Shown here: positions 39,889 to 54,453 of the stretch, in pieces | Position numbering within the stretch: position 1 is the first letter of the stretch | How the letters are laid out: the number at the start of each line of letters is the position of its first letter | DNA from: Moniliella sp. 'wahieum' | Taxonomy: Eukaryota | Assembly (NCBI GenBank): GCA_003971905.1 | Contig: RSEE01000009.1 | Span: forward strand, 1,054,001 to 1,118,000 | Length of the DNA: 64,000 bases | Direction: 5' to 3' | Notes under the pieces: generated by a model | The model's database searches: none | The model's input: the letters and a program-made list of their open reading frames with translations, nothing else | What the model was told of the DNA's origin: nothing | Position numbers and translations under genes: made by a program

Positions 39889-40142
39889 TGCTAGAGTGCG
39901 ACTTGGGAGCACTCCCGATCCTATGGATCAGCTGCAAAGCAGCGTTCAGACAAGGCGTGAAGCAAAGTGGTGAGCCACAAGTCTTCAAGCAACGTCTGAA
40001 GGGAAGGAGAAAGGAGAGAGAGAAGGGAGATGGAGCGAGCAGGGCGTGCGCGGCCTGCGAGCAGAACGCTTCCGCTCGGCTAGGCGAGCGTCACCGATCC
40101 ATTGAGGGCCGCGCAGGAGAACCCTAGCAGTACCCTCTAACA
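39889..40142. mobile_element. Solo LTR, short family, copy 2 (254 bp), opposite orientation to 2946-3171
   Basis: TGCTAGAGTG...CCCTCTAACA (8/10 inverted match); perfect TSD AGTAT (39884-39888 / 40143-40147). Confidence 0.9.
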
Positions 40143-40502
40143 AGTATGTGTTCTGGCACTAAGTATTATACGGAGCACTGTCAAGGAAGACGGTGACTAC
40201 ATGGGACAGAGACGCCACGCCAAACTAATACAGGAAAATGATTGCGATGCGGCACTCGCATTTTGCGACCTTACGCTCCACACGGGGGATCAGTCGGGGA
40301 ATATATACGTCCAACAACTTGATGGCCGTGTGATGCGTGTTTGGAAAGCAACCACAGGAGCAGCAGGAGCAATCCTGCGAGTGTCAAGCACAACGGGCCA
40401 ATGAGGTCTGAGAACCACAAGCACTATATCATGTACGATGGTACAAATATGGTGTTTCTGTGCGAGCTTTTGGGACCTGGAACGATCCCCTGGCGGCAGC
40501 TG

Positions 40503-41350
40503 TGTCACGGGCGGGTGCCGCCAGGGGGCCCGCCCGGGTTTTTTGGGGTACAATCCCTTAGGCGACGGTAGGTCGACTCACGGTAGTTTCGGGCTTAAGC
40601 TGGTTGGTGTGTCCGAGCGGAGCTAGGGACGAGGAGAGCCTTTGGTGGGGCGGCTGCACGTGTGGCAAGGCTGCGTCTGCACCGGCTTGGGCCGTATTAA
40701 CGTGTCTGAAGCCTCCGGGACTTAGGGACGGGAGGAGGCAGCGGCGGACAAACACTGCCTTAACTGGGACTGGGAATTGCCGCGACCGAAGGAGGGCTCG
40801 CGCGATTGGACTGACGAAGGGCTGGAGGACGAGGTCGGAGGAGATGTCATACGCTAACAAGAGGAGCCGCCTGTACTGGATCAATTGGCTGGAAACGGGC
40901 AGGAGTCGGACAGGATAGGCGGGAAAGGGACGAAGGTGGAGACGAGAGATGACGAGAATGGAAGGTGGGGGAAAAGATCCCCATCAACCAGGGGTACAGG
41001 CAGGATCAAAAGGGAAAAAAAAACGGATACAAGAGGGGGTGTAGAAAGGAAGGCACGTCAAAAGAGGGGTTGATCGCCGCAGGCGCGATCGAGAAAGGAA
41101 AATAAGTGGTGACGGGCGACGGATGTCGCAAAGATACTGAATACTTGGTGGTCTCGTTTTGACCACCGACTTGGACTTGGGCGGGAGGCGACTGCTGTCG
41201 CGCGTACGCATGGCAACTCGGGCCACCGTACTTAATTAGCCAACCGTCATCACACTTGGTTGGCCTGCGGTGCACGCTCTACTGGGCATGTGCGGAGCAG
41301 GCGGGCCTTAGCTTGGGTCGAACATCTCGTGTCCGCCGCAGCCCGTGACA
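40503..41350 (-). mobile_element. Solo LTR (848 bp), Ty3/gypsy-like termini
   Basis: Perfect 10-bp terminal inverted repeat TGTCACGGGC/GCCCGTGACA; perfect TSD AGCTG (40498-40502 / 41351-41355); strand inferred. Confidence 0.92.
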
Positions 41351-41965
41351 AGCTGGCTGCACTTCAGAAAAGTGCATGGAGACTCTGTTTCATACGCTCA
41401 GTTGCATATAGTAAAGTGTGGGTACTAGTATACGTTTACATAACAAACATTCTATATTCTCTCGTCACGCGTCACACAAGTACACACGGGGTGTTTTTTC
41501 TCTTTACTCTTCTCAAGGTCCCATCTTTCTTGTTACACAGAAAGGGCAAAAGTTATATATGTGTTGGCCGCTGCCTCCCGCCCCTCACGTGGTGACTATT
41601 AACCCTCTGACGTCCCCATCGCCCCCACAGCAGTAGTCCTTTCTGCCGGTGAGCCCTTCATGCAGAGCCTTCACTCGCCTCTTCGACCACTGACGGACCT
41701 CTCATCAGTTTCTTTGATGCAGTGACCACAGTTTCTGTACGTGGTGATAGGTCTGATCGAGGGCACCTGGCGGCAGTCCGGCTCCATTAAGGACTGACAA
41801 ACTAAGGGGGCCAGGCAGGATCCAGTGGTTTCATAGACCGAGTGCCCACAGGGCAGCAGTCCGACTCGCTAAGAGAATGACAAACTAAGCAGGAGACGCA
41901 GGTGCCAGGACACTTTATGACCGGAAGGTAGTAAGACCTGTTGGACCCTGAGCTCATGCCTGGCT

Positions 41966-42280
41966 AGTCATTGTATTGCCAAGCCGGCCTGCCCGCTGGT
42001 GCTTCCCTCAGAGATAGACCTGGACCTTTGTCCTCACGCGTCGGTAGTCAATCTACAGCCGAGCAGTTAGCCAATGTATTCCCGAGCCCGCCTGCCGTCT
42101 GGTGCCTGCTTCTAGCCGAGACCACCTGCCCTCTAGTGCTTCCCTCAGAGAGAGACCTGGGCCCTAGTGCTCATGAGTCGTTAGTCATTGTACAGCCCAG
42201 CAGTTAGTCATTGTAGAGCCCAGCAGCTAGTCATTGTACAGTCGAGCCCGCCTGCACGGGTCACGCACGTTTCCTGGTAG
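41966..42280 (+). mobile_element. Internally repetitive non-autonomous element, possibly Helitron-like
   Basis: Two related ~115-130-bp units plus three ~22-bp (T)AGTCATTGTA units; shares sequence with 4640-4758; ends in a GCCCG..GCACGGG hairpin then GGTAG|T. Confidence 0.45.
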
Positions 42281-42375
42281 TTCCTGCCCATATTTCGTCG
42301 GCCCCGGCCTCTCGGTTTCACCACCGCCACCCTCCTCTTCACTCTTCTTACGAAAACACGCATACGCTTCTCACG

Positions 42376-43132
42376 ATGGCTTCTCTTGGCGGCATGCTCC
42401 CCTCAGGTACGGGGGTTTACGATCATCAACGTCCCTCCCCACGTCAAAGCGGCCCACTCAAATGTGCAGCACTATGTCTACCAGATCGATAAGGAGGTAA
42501 GCATTCATGCTTCTCGCTATATCCAGGCACATCGTTGTTTGCATTCACTCATTGTGTGTTTTGCAGCTCGATAAGTTCCCCTCCTTGTCAAGCTTGAAAA
42601 GGTCATGAAGGTGGACAAGGCCTGGAGCACGATCGCTCTCTTCTGTTTCCTCGCCACAGCCATCTTCTTCAACGTGGCTGCAACTTTCCTCACCAATGTC
42701 TTAGGGGTCGGTCTGCCCGCGTACCTTTCCCTCGTCTCGCTTGAAACATGGATAGTAAGGATAATCAACAGTGGTATGCGATCCATCCATCAACTCCTGC
42801 CAGTGGATGCATGTGCCGTCCTTTTTTGCTAGGATGGAAAAAAGGGGTGCATGCACCCTTCATCTGGCTACGATTGTTCTAACCTCTCGCCTTTTTTCTC
42901 TCTCTTTGTTTGCCACCCAGGTTGACCTATTGGGCCGTGTTTGGGTTGTTTCGGTTCTCGAGTCGTTCTCCAAAGTAGTGGTCTACTATTTCCCCTTCTA
43001 CTATACCTTCAAGGCAATGGCGCTTGTGTGGCTCATGCTGCCTCGGACAAGAGGTGCGAAGCTGATTTACACCAAGGTCATCCGACCTGTATTCTCTTTA
43101 AGCAGATGCAGGCCTCAAAGGCCAAGGAGTAA
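42376..43132 (+). CDS. YOP1: Yop1/DP1/REEP ER-shaping protein
   Basis: QIDKE|LDKFPLLVKLEK...LTNVLGVGLPAYLS...QQW|LTYW...FPFYYTFK..LVWLMLPRTRGAKLIY; introns at ~42497-42567 and ~42774-42921. Confidence 0.92.
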
Positions 43133-43919
43133 AAACAATGCTTGCTCAACCGCGCTCAGCCCACACACAACAAAGAGTATGTTTTGCTCAGCACCAGACC
43201 TCACGCCAGTCGTCTCCTTTTTCTACCGCCACCCTGATGCCACCTCAGTCATACCACCTTCGAGTCGCAGCGTCTGGACCTTCATGCACTCCATCCCCAC
43301 AACACTAGAGGACTCTACGAGTGCTATACCAACAGAGGCTTATATCCTGGTGCACGTGGGTTTCTGGCATTATTCTCCTCTTCTGTTTCCCCTCTCAGCT
43401 CGCCTCGTTCTCCATAAATGATTGTGTGGGGTTGGTGAGAACCCGTTTCTCCCCACGTATGTTTGCGTCCCAGACTTTCGGCTGTCTTTGCTCTCCCTAC
43501 ATGCGATGCTGAATGCGGCTATGTATACCTGTAGTGGGCCTGTCTGTGGTTCTCTCCGTTTAATAATATTGATGTCCCTCATGGTCTCATGCCTTTGATA
43601 CGATGGGCACGCCAATGTACTCGATCCGCAATGCAAATCCCGAAGGCATACGTGGTCTTGAGCAGATAATGAAGGGGTACGCTTGGTCAAGCACGCTGGA
43701 TCGGATAGCGTCGCGCACACCGTGGTGGCAAGAGTCGGAGGGCAAAATAGATGCTAGGGGTTTTGTTAGGCCAGCGCTTAAGTCTGCCTGCGGTGGACAC
43801 TGAAAGTTTAATCTCGGCCTCACGACGTGTCCGCGCAAGGCGCACCAGCTGAGCCTGTGGCGCGGCACAGCGCCGCCCCGCCCCGCGCCACACCACACAT
43901 TGGACAGCCTGCAAAGCTG

Positions 43920-45689
43920 GATGAGTTTGGTTTCAAACAACAACCACCACCACCACCACCACCACCGCCATCTCCCTGTGGTGATGCAACGCCACGCAGG
44001 GCAAACGTCGTTGGACCTTGACGCACTCGAGTGGGACGCAGGTGTACGGCCATCGGCCTCTCGGTCGGCGGCGGAAGTGGCCAAGGGCGATCCTGATCTT
44101 TCGGCGGACGATTACGGGTGCTATTCTGCCCACGATCCATCCGACGACTTGGGCCATGGCTACAAGAATACGGCGCGATGGGGGGCCATACATGCCCCCA
44201 AGGGCCTCCGTCGTGCTTGAAACTATGAAGCGTGCAGTGGGTATGCACCTTTCCCTTGCTCGGCGTGGGTGGCACGATACCCTCCAATGGCCTTGGGCTT
44301 TCAGGACAATCGCGTCCTCTCCTGCTATTCGGGCCACTGTTGTCAAGGGATTCATCTTGTCTGCTGTGGTAACCACCGGGATATACATGTTTGAAATCGC
44401 CTTGGTTCCGATGCATCTGTTTTACGCCGACGCCAAGAAGCCCCATCCTTGGTCCAACGTATGCACTTCCCTGTTGCGTCGCGCCCTCTCCCTCGTGACT
44501 CACCTGTTCCTTTTGTACAGACGTTCTATCCCGTCATAGGGTTCTGCTACTTTGCCGCCTCTACTTGGACGTGGAACACGGTTCAGGTGGCGTACCGGCG
44601 TTATGGGCATACTGCCTCTGTCGCCTCGGCTCCCCACGCAACTGAGGCTTGGTACACGCGCAAAGCCCTCTGTGCCCACGCTTACCAGGTTTACCTCCCT
44701 GTGTACTTTTTCTTCTTCTCTATGCTGCTGACCATACTCAAGGATGGGTTCCTCCCATAACAGGTGGCAAAGCTGTCTTGTCCTTGATCAACTTTGGTCT
44801 GGCTAGTTTTGTTGATGGTTCTACTGCTTGAGCTGGTATGGCGCGCACACGGCTGGGGCCTCGAACGTCGAGCCGCGCCGCGGAACAGAGATGGTCCTAT
44901 CTTGTTGCCTTTGGTGTCCCATCGACATCATCTCATTTTTCCATCCATCGGGGTTGCTCAACATGATGCTTTTATGCTCGGTACGTTGATTGCTCGTGGT
45001 CCAGCAACGTTCAGTGACTAACAGCTCTTTCGGTTGGTAGTGTTCCCCTTCTACGCTCTTTGGCCGTGGCAGCCGATTTGAACCCCCGAACATCAGTGCC
45101 CAAGGCAGGGAGGCTCCCGCTCTTGTACCCTGTTGTCGCCGTGCATCGCATCCTGACTCGTCCCATTCGAAACGTGCAGGGCACACGTCCATCTCGTTGG
45201 GCACCTGTTCGCTCTTCCTTGTCGGCCCCCTTTGCCGCCCTGGCCGCGGGGGAGCAGCAAGGGTTGTGGGGCGCATCTGGTCCGGCAATTCACCTTTCGC
45301 CCATGCCAAGAGGGTACACCTCCCCTACGTTGCAACCACCACGTACGGCTCGGCGGCCAGGGCGTATGGTGTTCCTCCTGCACGCTCCTCCACCACCTGT
45401 ATCTACCACCACCCAGGCTGGGCCGCCGCTTCGCACGGGGGTACACCCATCGGCCACCCCACTGGGCACCCACTGGGTACCCCACGCTTACATGCCGTTA
45501 TCCACCCCACCGGATCCGCCCTTGCGTCTCCCCCGCGGTCCCAGACCAAACCGCATGGCTGCATCCACCTGCTTCCCTTTGGCAAGACGCCTACCCGTTC
45601 CGCCACTGATTCGTTTGTTCTTCCCGGACAGACGTTGTCTCCTCCCTCCATGGAGCCTGCAGCTCAGCCCACACGCCTCAAGGGCTTAA
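43920..45689 (+). CDS. EI24 (etoposide-induced 2.4)-like membrane protein; end uncertain
   Basis: RGWHDTLQW...IRATVVKGFILS...ELVWRAHGWGLERR..EQRWSYLVAFGVP...VFPF..LAVAA...RLPLLYPV pattern across frames. Confidence 0.75.
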
Positions 45690-46334
45690 TCGCCGGACCG
45701 GGTCCGTAGTGGTTCCCTTGTAAACTGATTGCAATTCGTTTTGTCGCACCATGCCCTCTGTAAGTATAGTAGCGCTGTGCTCGTAGGACCACCTCACTGT
45801 CGATGCGGCGCCGTCGAGGTCAACGTCCAGCTCAACGTTCAGATAAAGTAGGTGGAAGGACAGGCTGTGCGTTGGCAACACTCGAGCTGCCACGCAGGGT
45901 CGGTTGGGACTGGTGGTTGTGGCGCACATCGAGCACACATCCCCCATCGATCATCATGCATCATCCATCATGCATCATGCGCATATCAATGCTTCAGGCG
46001 GAACGACCTGAGTGACGGAAATTTTATGAAACCACAATTTCAGAAACGCTCCAACCCTATCTGTACTTGCTGCGGCGAATATCGGGGCGCGAACCCTAGC
46101 TGCCCCTTCTGTCTTGTTTCCAGCTTCCACTGCCACGCTGCTCTCCCCAGCAACCAGCTCACGAAGTCGCATCAAGGTGAGTCGCTACTTGGACCGCTGC
46201 ACATACCGCACCACGCCCACTGCTCCTGCGGAGGATATGGGATCCGTCTGTGGAGCAGGAGACGCCTCCCCCTCCTCCTCGCTACCCGACGTCTGTGCCT
46301 CTGTGCGGAGCTAACCACCAACCTTTGAGATCAG

Positions 46335-46668
46335 ATGGTCCAGCGCGTTACCCTCCGCAAGCAGAACCCCTACAACACCAAGTCCAACCGCCGCACGGTG
46401 GTCAAGACCCTGGTAAGGTGGTGACTAAGCACCTTAAGAAGCTCGCTGCCAGCCCCAAGTGCGGTGACTGCCACGCGCCTCTGTCGGGCATCAAGTCGCT
46501 CCGCCCCCGCGAATTTGCCACGGTGTCCAAGCGCCAGAAGACGGTGAGCCGCGCGTACGGTGGCTCGCGCTGCGGGCTTGCGTGCGCACCCGTATTGTGC
46601 GTGCTTTCCTCGTGGAGGAGGCCAAGATTGTCAAGCAGGTCGTCAAGAACAGTGCCAAGGCCAAGTAA
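46335..46668 (+). CDS. RPL34: 60S ribosomal protein L34 (eL34)
   Basis: MVQRVTLRKQNPYNTKSNR..PKCGDC..LSGIKSLRPREFATVSKRQKTVSRAYGGSRC..RIVRAFLVEEAKIVK; 5'-UTR intron 46177-46334. Confidence 0.96.
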
Positions 46669-47678
46669 ATTGGAATGGCGTCGATTCTCCCCATTGCCAT
46701 CCCCTCTCCTCTACTCCTGATACTGCGTGCAGTCGTGGGGGTTTCCGTACTGGAACCGGCCGGTGTGTGCACACATTGTCCTAGCGGCACAGTGTCACCC
46801 GCTTGGCATGAAAGGATACCTTTTCCCTCTCGCGCATCTTGGCCCTTTCCATTGGTTTCATTGGTCCCCCCCACCCATCCCCACCCACCTCCTTTCTGTA
46901 CCCAGCCTTTATGGTTTCTCCCCCTCCCCCTCCTTCGGTTCGCAAGCACCCCTGCTTGTGGTTTCGCTGGACCTCGACGAATCCCTTCGTCTCAAAATGC
47001 CATTCGTAGGCGCCCATGCCCATTCAAATTGCCTGTTGTCGTAGGTTGGAAAAGCTGCCAGACTGGTTTGCGAGTGATGCGTGGTGCAGCCAACGAGTCA
47101 GGTCGCTGCGCTGGACAAAGACCAGGCAGTGACTAGTGAAGCTAGAGACGGCTCAAAAAAGCTGTGTGGCGGGTAGGGGGCCAAACGAAGGTTTCGCTTC
47201 CGAAAGAAGCAGCTATCGGGGTAAGCCCAGTTATAGAAGAAACACTGCAACCAAGCAGACCTCGCCTGCTGCTAGTGCTGGCTGGCTGACAAGGCCATGC
47301 CATTAGAGGCGGCGTATCGTCAACGGCAGGCCGGGGATGACTTCAATGACTATTGCATAGATAGCTACCAATCCTGTTTCGATACATCATCATTCACCGG
47401 CAGCGGTTGGTCAGCCGAGTACGTAAGCAGTGCCACGCACCCGACTACCCCCAGGTCGGTGCAAGGCAAACGACAGACGGCAAGAATGCAATCGCGGAGA
47501 TGATATCTTGACAGTTCGAAGGCGAGCATGGGGCCAGTGTCATCGATGTTATCCCGCACCTATGGTCCTGGGTTGCCCGGCCCATTGACAGACACCAACA
47601 GCAATCTGCCGTTGGTTGGTTGGCTTGCTGACTTCCTCATCCTCACACCTTCTCCTGCATTGCCCTCCTCCCATCGCC

Positions 47679-49187
<1,509 letters not shown>

Positions 49188-50239
49188 TTGTTTGCGCTGG
49201 AAGAATCGCCTCGGCGTGCAATTTAATCGTTTCTCAGTGCCGACGCAGGACTCTTAGCAGATACGTAAACAGATGCGCGGGATGCGGGTGTTCTTCCTCC
49301 ACTTCAGGCTTCACGCTTTCCTCGGTTGGCTTTGACAGCTATTAGTGACCCGCCTGAGCAGGTATTCTACGATGCGCTGGATTCGATCCGTGGATGCCGG
49401 TGTGCGAATGGTAGTGGCGGACATGATGTCGAGGCGGTGTATTGTATCTTCTCAACGGCGGGGCCCCCGCCCAGCTTGGACCAGCGGACCCACTGGGCGA
49501 GCATTCGAGAAATTGAACTTGCATGTGGGCTAAAGCGCTGAAGGGAGGGAGCTAGGGAGAACATGGGAGAACACGTGGCTTTTACCCCACACGCATTCGT
49601 CTCTCTTGTCTGGACCCCATTCTGTCTGTACCTTTCTGGACTGCGCCAGAGGGCCTCAGGCCCTCGCCTCGGCCGCGGTTCATTGCATCCGAAAGCTACC
49701 GGCAACCATTAATCCGGAGGGCGGGACGATCGCGTATCGCAAATGGTAGGTGGCACCCGTCGCTCTATCGCTGTATGGCTGCCGACGGCATGGGGGCATG
49801 CTGGCGGCGTCGCCTGGCAACAGAGGGAAGCAACGCAGACCAGAGCAGGGTGTCCACAGTTGAGCACGGGAGCTCCAGTTGGGCGGCGTGGGCAGAGATG
49901 TGGGCTTGACGGCCGTCACCGACGAATCTCCGGAGGTTAGCCAACGCGCGGATGCGCGGGCAGGCCACGTGGCACGGCGGCGGGGCCAGGCTGACGTGGC
50001 ACTGCCCCCATGCGGGCACGGGTGCTGACGTGGAATTGGGATCCGCGTTGCGGCAGGGCGACGGCCACAGTGGCGCCGTGCGGCTGTGCGCGTGGTTCTA
50101 GCACCTTCTGGGTGCGGGGGCAGCAGCCGGCAGCAGGCGGCAGCCGCTGGCTGCGCCGGGGGGCATGCCTTTTTAAAGCATCGCTTCTGCCCCCCGTCGG
50201 CCGCTGCCCCATCTCTGCTCCTCCTCCTAACCCCCCGCC

Positions 50240-51972
50240 ATGAAACCCGTGTCCAAGGTTGCGCTCGCCTCTGCCGTTGCTGCGTCCCTCGCTGGCGCCG
50301 CGGCCGATGCGCTGCCCGAGTTTAAGGTACGTGTGCCTATGCCCCGCCTGGTCCGGCTGCGGCCGAATGTCTCCCTGCTCAGACCGAGCGCTGACCACTC
50401 CCTCCCTCTGCCCAGCCTTCCGACATCCAGGGCGCGTTTGTCGAGCAGTTCACCGAGGGTTGGTCTCTCGCTGGGCCCCCTCGGCTGCCACCAAGGAGCA
50501 GGCGGATGGCGAGACGTTTGCTTATGTGGGCGAGTGGAAAGTCGAAGAGGCCACCGTCTTCCCTGGCATTCCTGGTGACGAGGGTCTTGTGGCCAAGTCC
50601 AAGGCTGCCCAGCACGCTATCTCGGCTCAGTTTGCCGAGCCGCTGAATGTGTCGGAGATCATTTCGCAGGGTAAACCGGTCGTGGTGCAGTACGAGGTCA
50701 AGTTGCAGAATGGGTTGACGTGTGGCGGTGCCTACGTCAAACTGCTTACGGATGGGCCAGAGGGCATTCAACACAAGGAGTTTAGCGACAAGACGCCGTA
50801 CACGATCATGTTTGGTCCCGACAAGTGCGGTGGCAACAGCAAAGTTCACTTCATTTTCCGCCACAAGAACCCTGTCACGGGCGAGATTGAGGAGAAGCAC
50901 CTGACTGACACGCCTCCCCGAAACTGGGCAAGACGACTGCTCTGTACACGCTCATCATCCGCCCGGACAACACGTTCGATCTCCAGATCAATGGCGAAAG
51001 CAAGCGCTCTGGCTCGTTGCTCGAGGACTTTGACCCTCCTGTCAACCCCCGGCGGAGATTGATGACCCTGAGGACAAGAAGCCCGCCGACTGGGTTGACG
51101 ATGCTCGGATCCCTGATCCCGATGCCACCAAGCCTGCCGACTGGGATGAGGACGCCCCTCAGGAGATCCAAGACCCGGAGGCGGTCATGCCCGAGGGGTG
51201 GCTTGTGGACGAGCCCTTGCTCATTCCTGACCCTGAGGCCGAGAAGCCCGAGGAGTGGGACGACGAAGAAGATGGCGAGTGGACGGCACCCACGGTGCCG
51301 AACCCCAAGTGCGAGGAGGCCGAGGGCTGTGGCGAATGGGTGCCACCGCTGGTTGCCAACCCTGCATACAAGGGCAAGTGGAGTGCGCCTTACATTGACA
51401 ACCCTGCGTACAAGGGCGTCTGGGCCCCGCGCAAGATTGCCAACCCGGCCTCTTTGAGGACAAGGAGCCGGCGAAGCTGAGCTCGATTGGCGGGATTGGC
51501 TTTGAGCTGTGGACGATGGACGAGGACATTCTGTTTGACAACATCTACGTTGGCACCTCGGAGGAGGATGCCAAGGCATTTGCCCAGGAGACGTACTTTA
51601 TCAAGGCACGCTCGAGGTCAAGGTGGAGGAGAAGGAGACCAAGGTGGAGCCGGCTGTGAACGAGGGGCTGGTGGACAAGTTCCGCTCGCAGCTCTTTGCC
51701 TTTGTTGAGATTGCCAAGGTGAGCCCGATTGATGCGATCAAGACGGAGCCTGTGGTGGCTGGTGCGCTTGCTTCGGCCGTGTTGGCCTGCTGGCGATGCT
51801 GGCTGTGGTTGGGTCGCTGCTCGGCGGCTCGTCCAAGGCGGCAGCGCCGGTCGCGGGCAAGGCGCCCGCCAAGGCGGCCGAGGCGCCGGCGACTGCTACG
51901 ACGTCTGCGGTGGAGGCCAAGGAGGGCGCGACGAAGCGTGCGAAGGCCGTGGCGGCCAAGGACGACGAGTAG
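50240..51972 (+). CDS. CNE1: Calnexin
   Basis: Signal peptide; [43 protein letters not shown]-domain repeats [29 protein letters not shown]-terminal TM segment and tail. Confidence 0.96.
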
Positions 51973-52261
51973 ATGGGCCTTCTGCTGTCGTGTTGTACAT
52001 TCCTTTTGTTTCATTCTCGCCCACACAAAACATACGAATCAATAGCGGCCAGCGTGTGGGGGTGCTGGACAGAAACGCCGGCACGTAGGTAGTAGTTTGA
52101 CGTGTGAGAGCCCGCGGGCGCAGCGGCACAGCGCGGCTGACATAATCCACCGGTTCGGAGCGAGCGGCAGGCTCGGCGGCCCACACGCAACAATGTTGGT
52201 TTGGGCGCTCACACCTGACCGCCTCCTCCCTCCCCGTTGCGCTCCCGCCGCATCGCCCCCG

Positions 52262-54453
52262 ATGGCGCCTGGAGCAGCTCGGCTGGCGGCCCAGTGGGCC
52301 ACGACGCTGCTTGTGCGCCGCTGGCGCTCCGTCCTCCTCGTCTCCCTCTGCCTCGCCATCACCACCATCGCCCTCCGCGGCGCCCACTACAGCGAGTGGC
52401 GCGAGATTGCCTACTACCGCGTCGACCCCTTCCCCGTCCTGCCCCACCGCCTCAGCACCCACTCCGACGCCGCCTCCCCCCACGGCGCCCCCGCCTCCCC
52501 CTGTCCGCCCGCCCCCGCGGCGGCCCCACCTGCCCCGGCCCCCACGGCCGCCGCATCCCGCGCGCCCCGCTCGCGCTCCACCCGACCCCCGACACCCATC
52601 CCATCGCCCTTGTCGGCGACGGCGACGCCATCGGCATCGATTCCTCCCACTGCCTGACCTACCGCTCTCGCTATACCATGTACACGGACGACGCCCTGGG
52701 CATCACCTACCGTCGTGCCATCATCGATGGCGAACTGCAGCGCATGCGCGATCGCGCCAAAGCTCACGCCGCGCGTGCCAGTGCCAGTATCTCCTCTACC
52801 TCGGTGCCATCCCCACTGCGACTGGAGTGCCTGCGTTCGGCGGCACGGGCCATGATACTGGGACCCCCATGATGCCGATCCAGGAAGAGGAGGAGCTTCC
52901 GCCCCAGCTCGACTCGTCCGATCCCGATTACATCGACCCCCTGCTCGGCCGTACCAAGCCCAAAGGGATTCCCATGGGAGTGGGAAGACAACTGAGGAGA
53001 GACGTGTGGGAGGCCAACCAGGCGGCGGACCTGTTGGGTCCAGCTTCCTTCCCGACTGGCGTGCGCTTCTCGACGCTTGTCATGCCGGCGGCAGGACGAA
53101 CGGGGCGGGGAGACGGATCCCTTTGTCCCGGGCAGCACGGCAGACGATGTCAAGGCCAAGTACCGTACCACACCGGAAACCAAGCGTTCGTCATTGTGCT
53201 TCGTGCGTACGAAGGCTACGTATGGCGAGAAGATGACATTCTCAATATGCGTGCGATCATTACCGAGTTGGGGCTCAACAACCCTTACACGCCGTACGAT
53301 GTGCGCATTCTGGTCGAAGTCAAAAGCCCGCACTTGGCGCCCTTTACATCGGAATGGGACCGCCATCAAGTCTTGAGCGGCTCAGTTCCGGTGAATTTTG
53401 GGGTTTGGTCGAACTCTGGACCGAAACCGAGTTGTGTGCGCTGTATCCTGGCTTGCCAGGCAAGTTCAAGAACCGTATGATTGCCCAGGCGTCGTACCGC
53501 TCCTGTCTGATGGCCGTGCAAAAGTTGTGGCTCGACCACCAAGAGTACGATTTTGTGTGGAACTGGGAAATGGACGTGCGCTACATTGGCAACTACCTCG
53601 ACTTTATGGAAGGTGTCGAAGCCTATGGTCGACGCGAGCCGTTGCACAAGGGCATGGACAAGTACAAAACTTGGTTTGTGCGCAACGTGACGGAAAGCGA
53701 AGAAAATTGGAAGGACAATCTCACGTTGACAGAAGGTCGGGGCGAAGAGGCGGACTTGTTGACCTTGGCACCGATTTTCGACCCAATTGGTTCGGGCTGG
53801 TTTTGGGAATATGACATTCAAATTACCCGCTGGGCGAAGCCACGCCCCGTCGCGCTTCGATCGGGACCAACATGCGCATGTCGCGCGCGCTGATGGAGGC
53901 TATGAACGTGGTCAATGCCGAGGCTAAGAAAAGTGCTCATTGCGAAGCTTGGCCTACTACACTTACCCTCCATTCCCAATTGCCCATCAGCGACATACAC
54001 AGTTTCGGTCCCAACTCGGGCTACACTTACAACTTGCCCATCCCGTTCAAAGGCGTCTTTGCTCCTGTGCCCATCTTCTTCCGTCACTTTTGGGAACCGC
54101 ACGTGCTCGCGTCCAAGATCAATAGGAAAACCATCTACAACAAGGCAGAGGAACGCTTGTTGCGCGATACAAGTCATTAGTACGTTCCTCTTCCCTCTTC
54201 CTTACCTTACCCCATCCCCCCCCCCCCCCTTCTGCCCTTGCTTTCCTTTGTTTCTTTTCTTCCCGTTCCTTTCCCCCGTTGTTCGATACACCCACTGACG
54301 TCGTTTTGGTTGTGGTTCCCGTTTTGAATCTGCTTAGCTACGATGGAGCTCACTCGCGCGAAATTTACATGGGCTGGCGCAACTCGGCGCGCGTAGCGGC
54401 GCGAGGTGTGTCGGACGCCCATGTTCCTCCACCCGATCAAGCGGATCGAGTAA
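52262..54453 (+). CDS. DUF3405-family type II membrane protein
   Basis: N-terminal TM; VIVLRAYEG..DILNMRAIITEL; EFWGLVELW; YDFVWNWEMDVRY; GEEADLLTLAPIFDP; PRRASI; CRTPMFLHPIK after an intron at ~54180-54337. Confidence 0.85.

Noticed and set aside
2946..40142. Inverted ~230-bp repeats bracketing 37 kb, as a giant transposon, Starship-like element or inversion
   Set aside because: Each copy has its own matched TSD (ACGGG; AGTAT), so they are independent solo-LTR insertions with no recombination between them. The enclosed genes are ordinary host genes.
40558..40884. RQFPV in a minus-strand ORF as a second Helitron helicase fragment
   Set aside because: No flanking helicase motifs, and it lies within a solo LTR.
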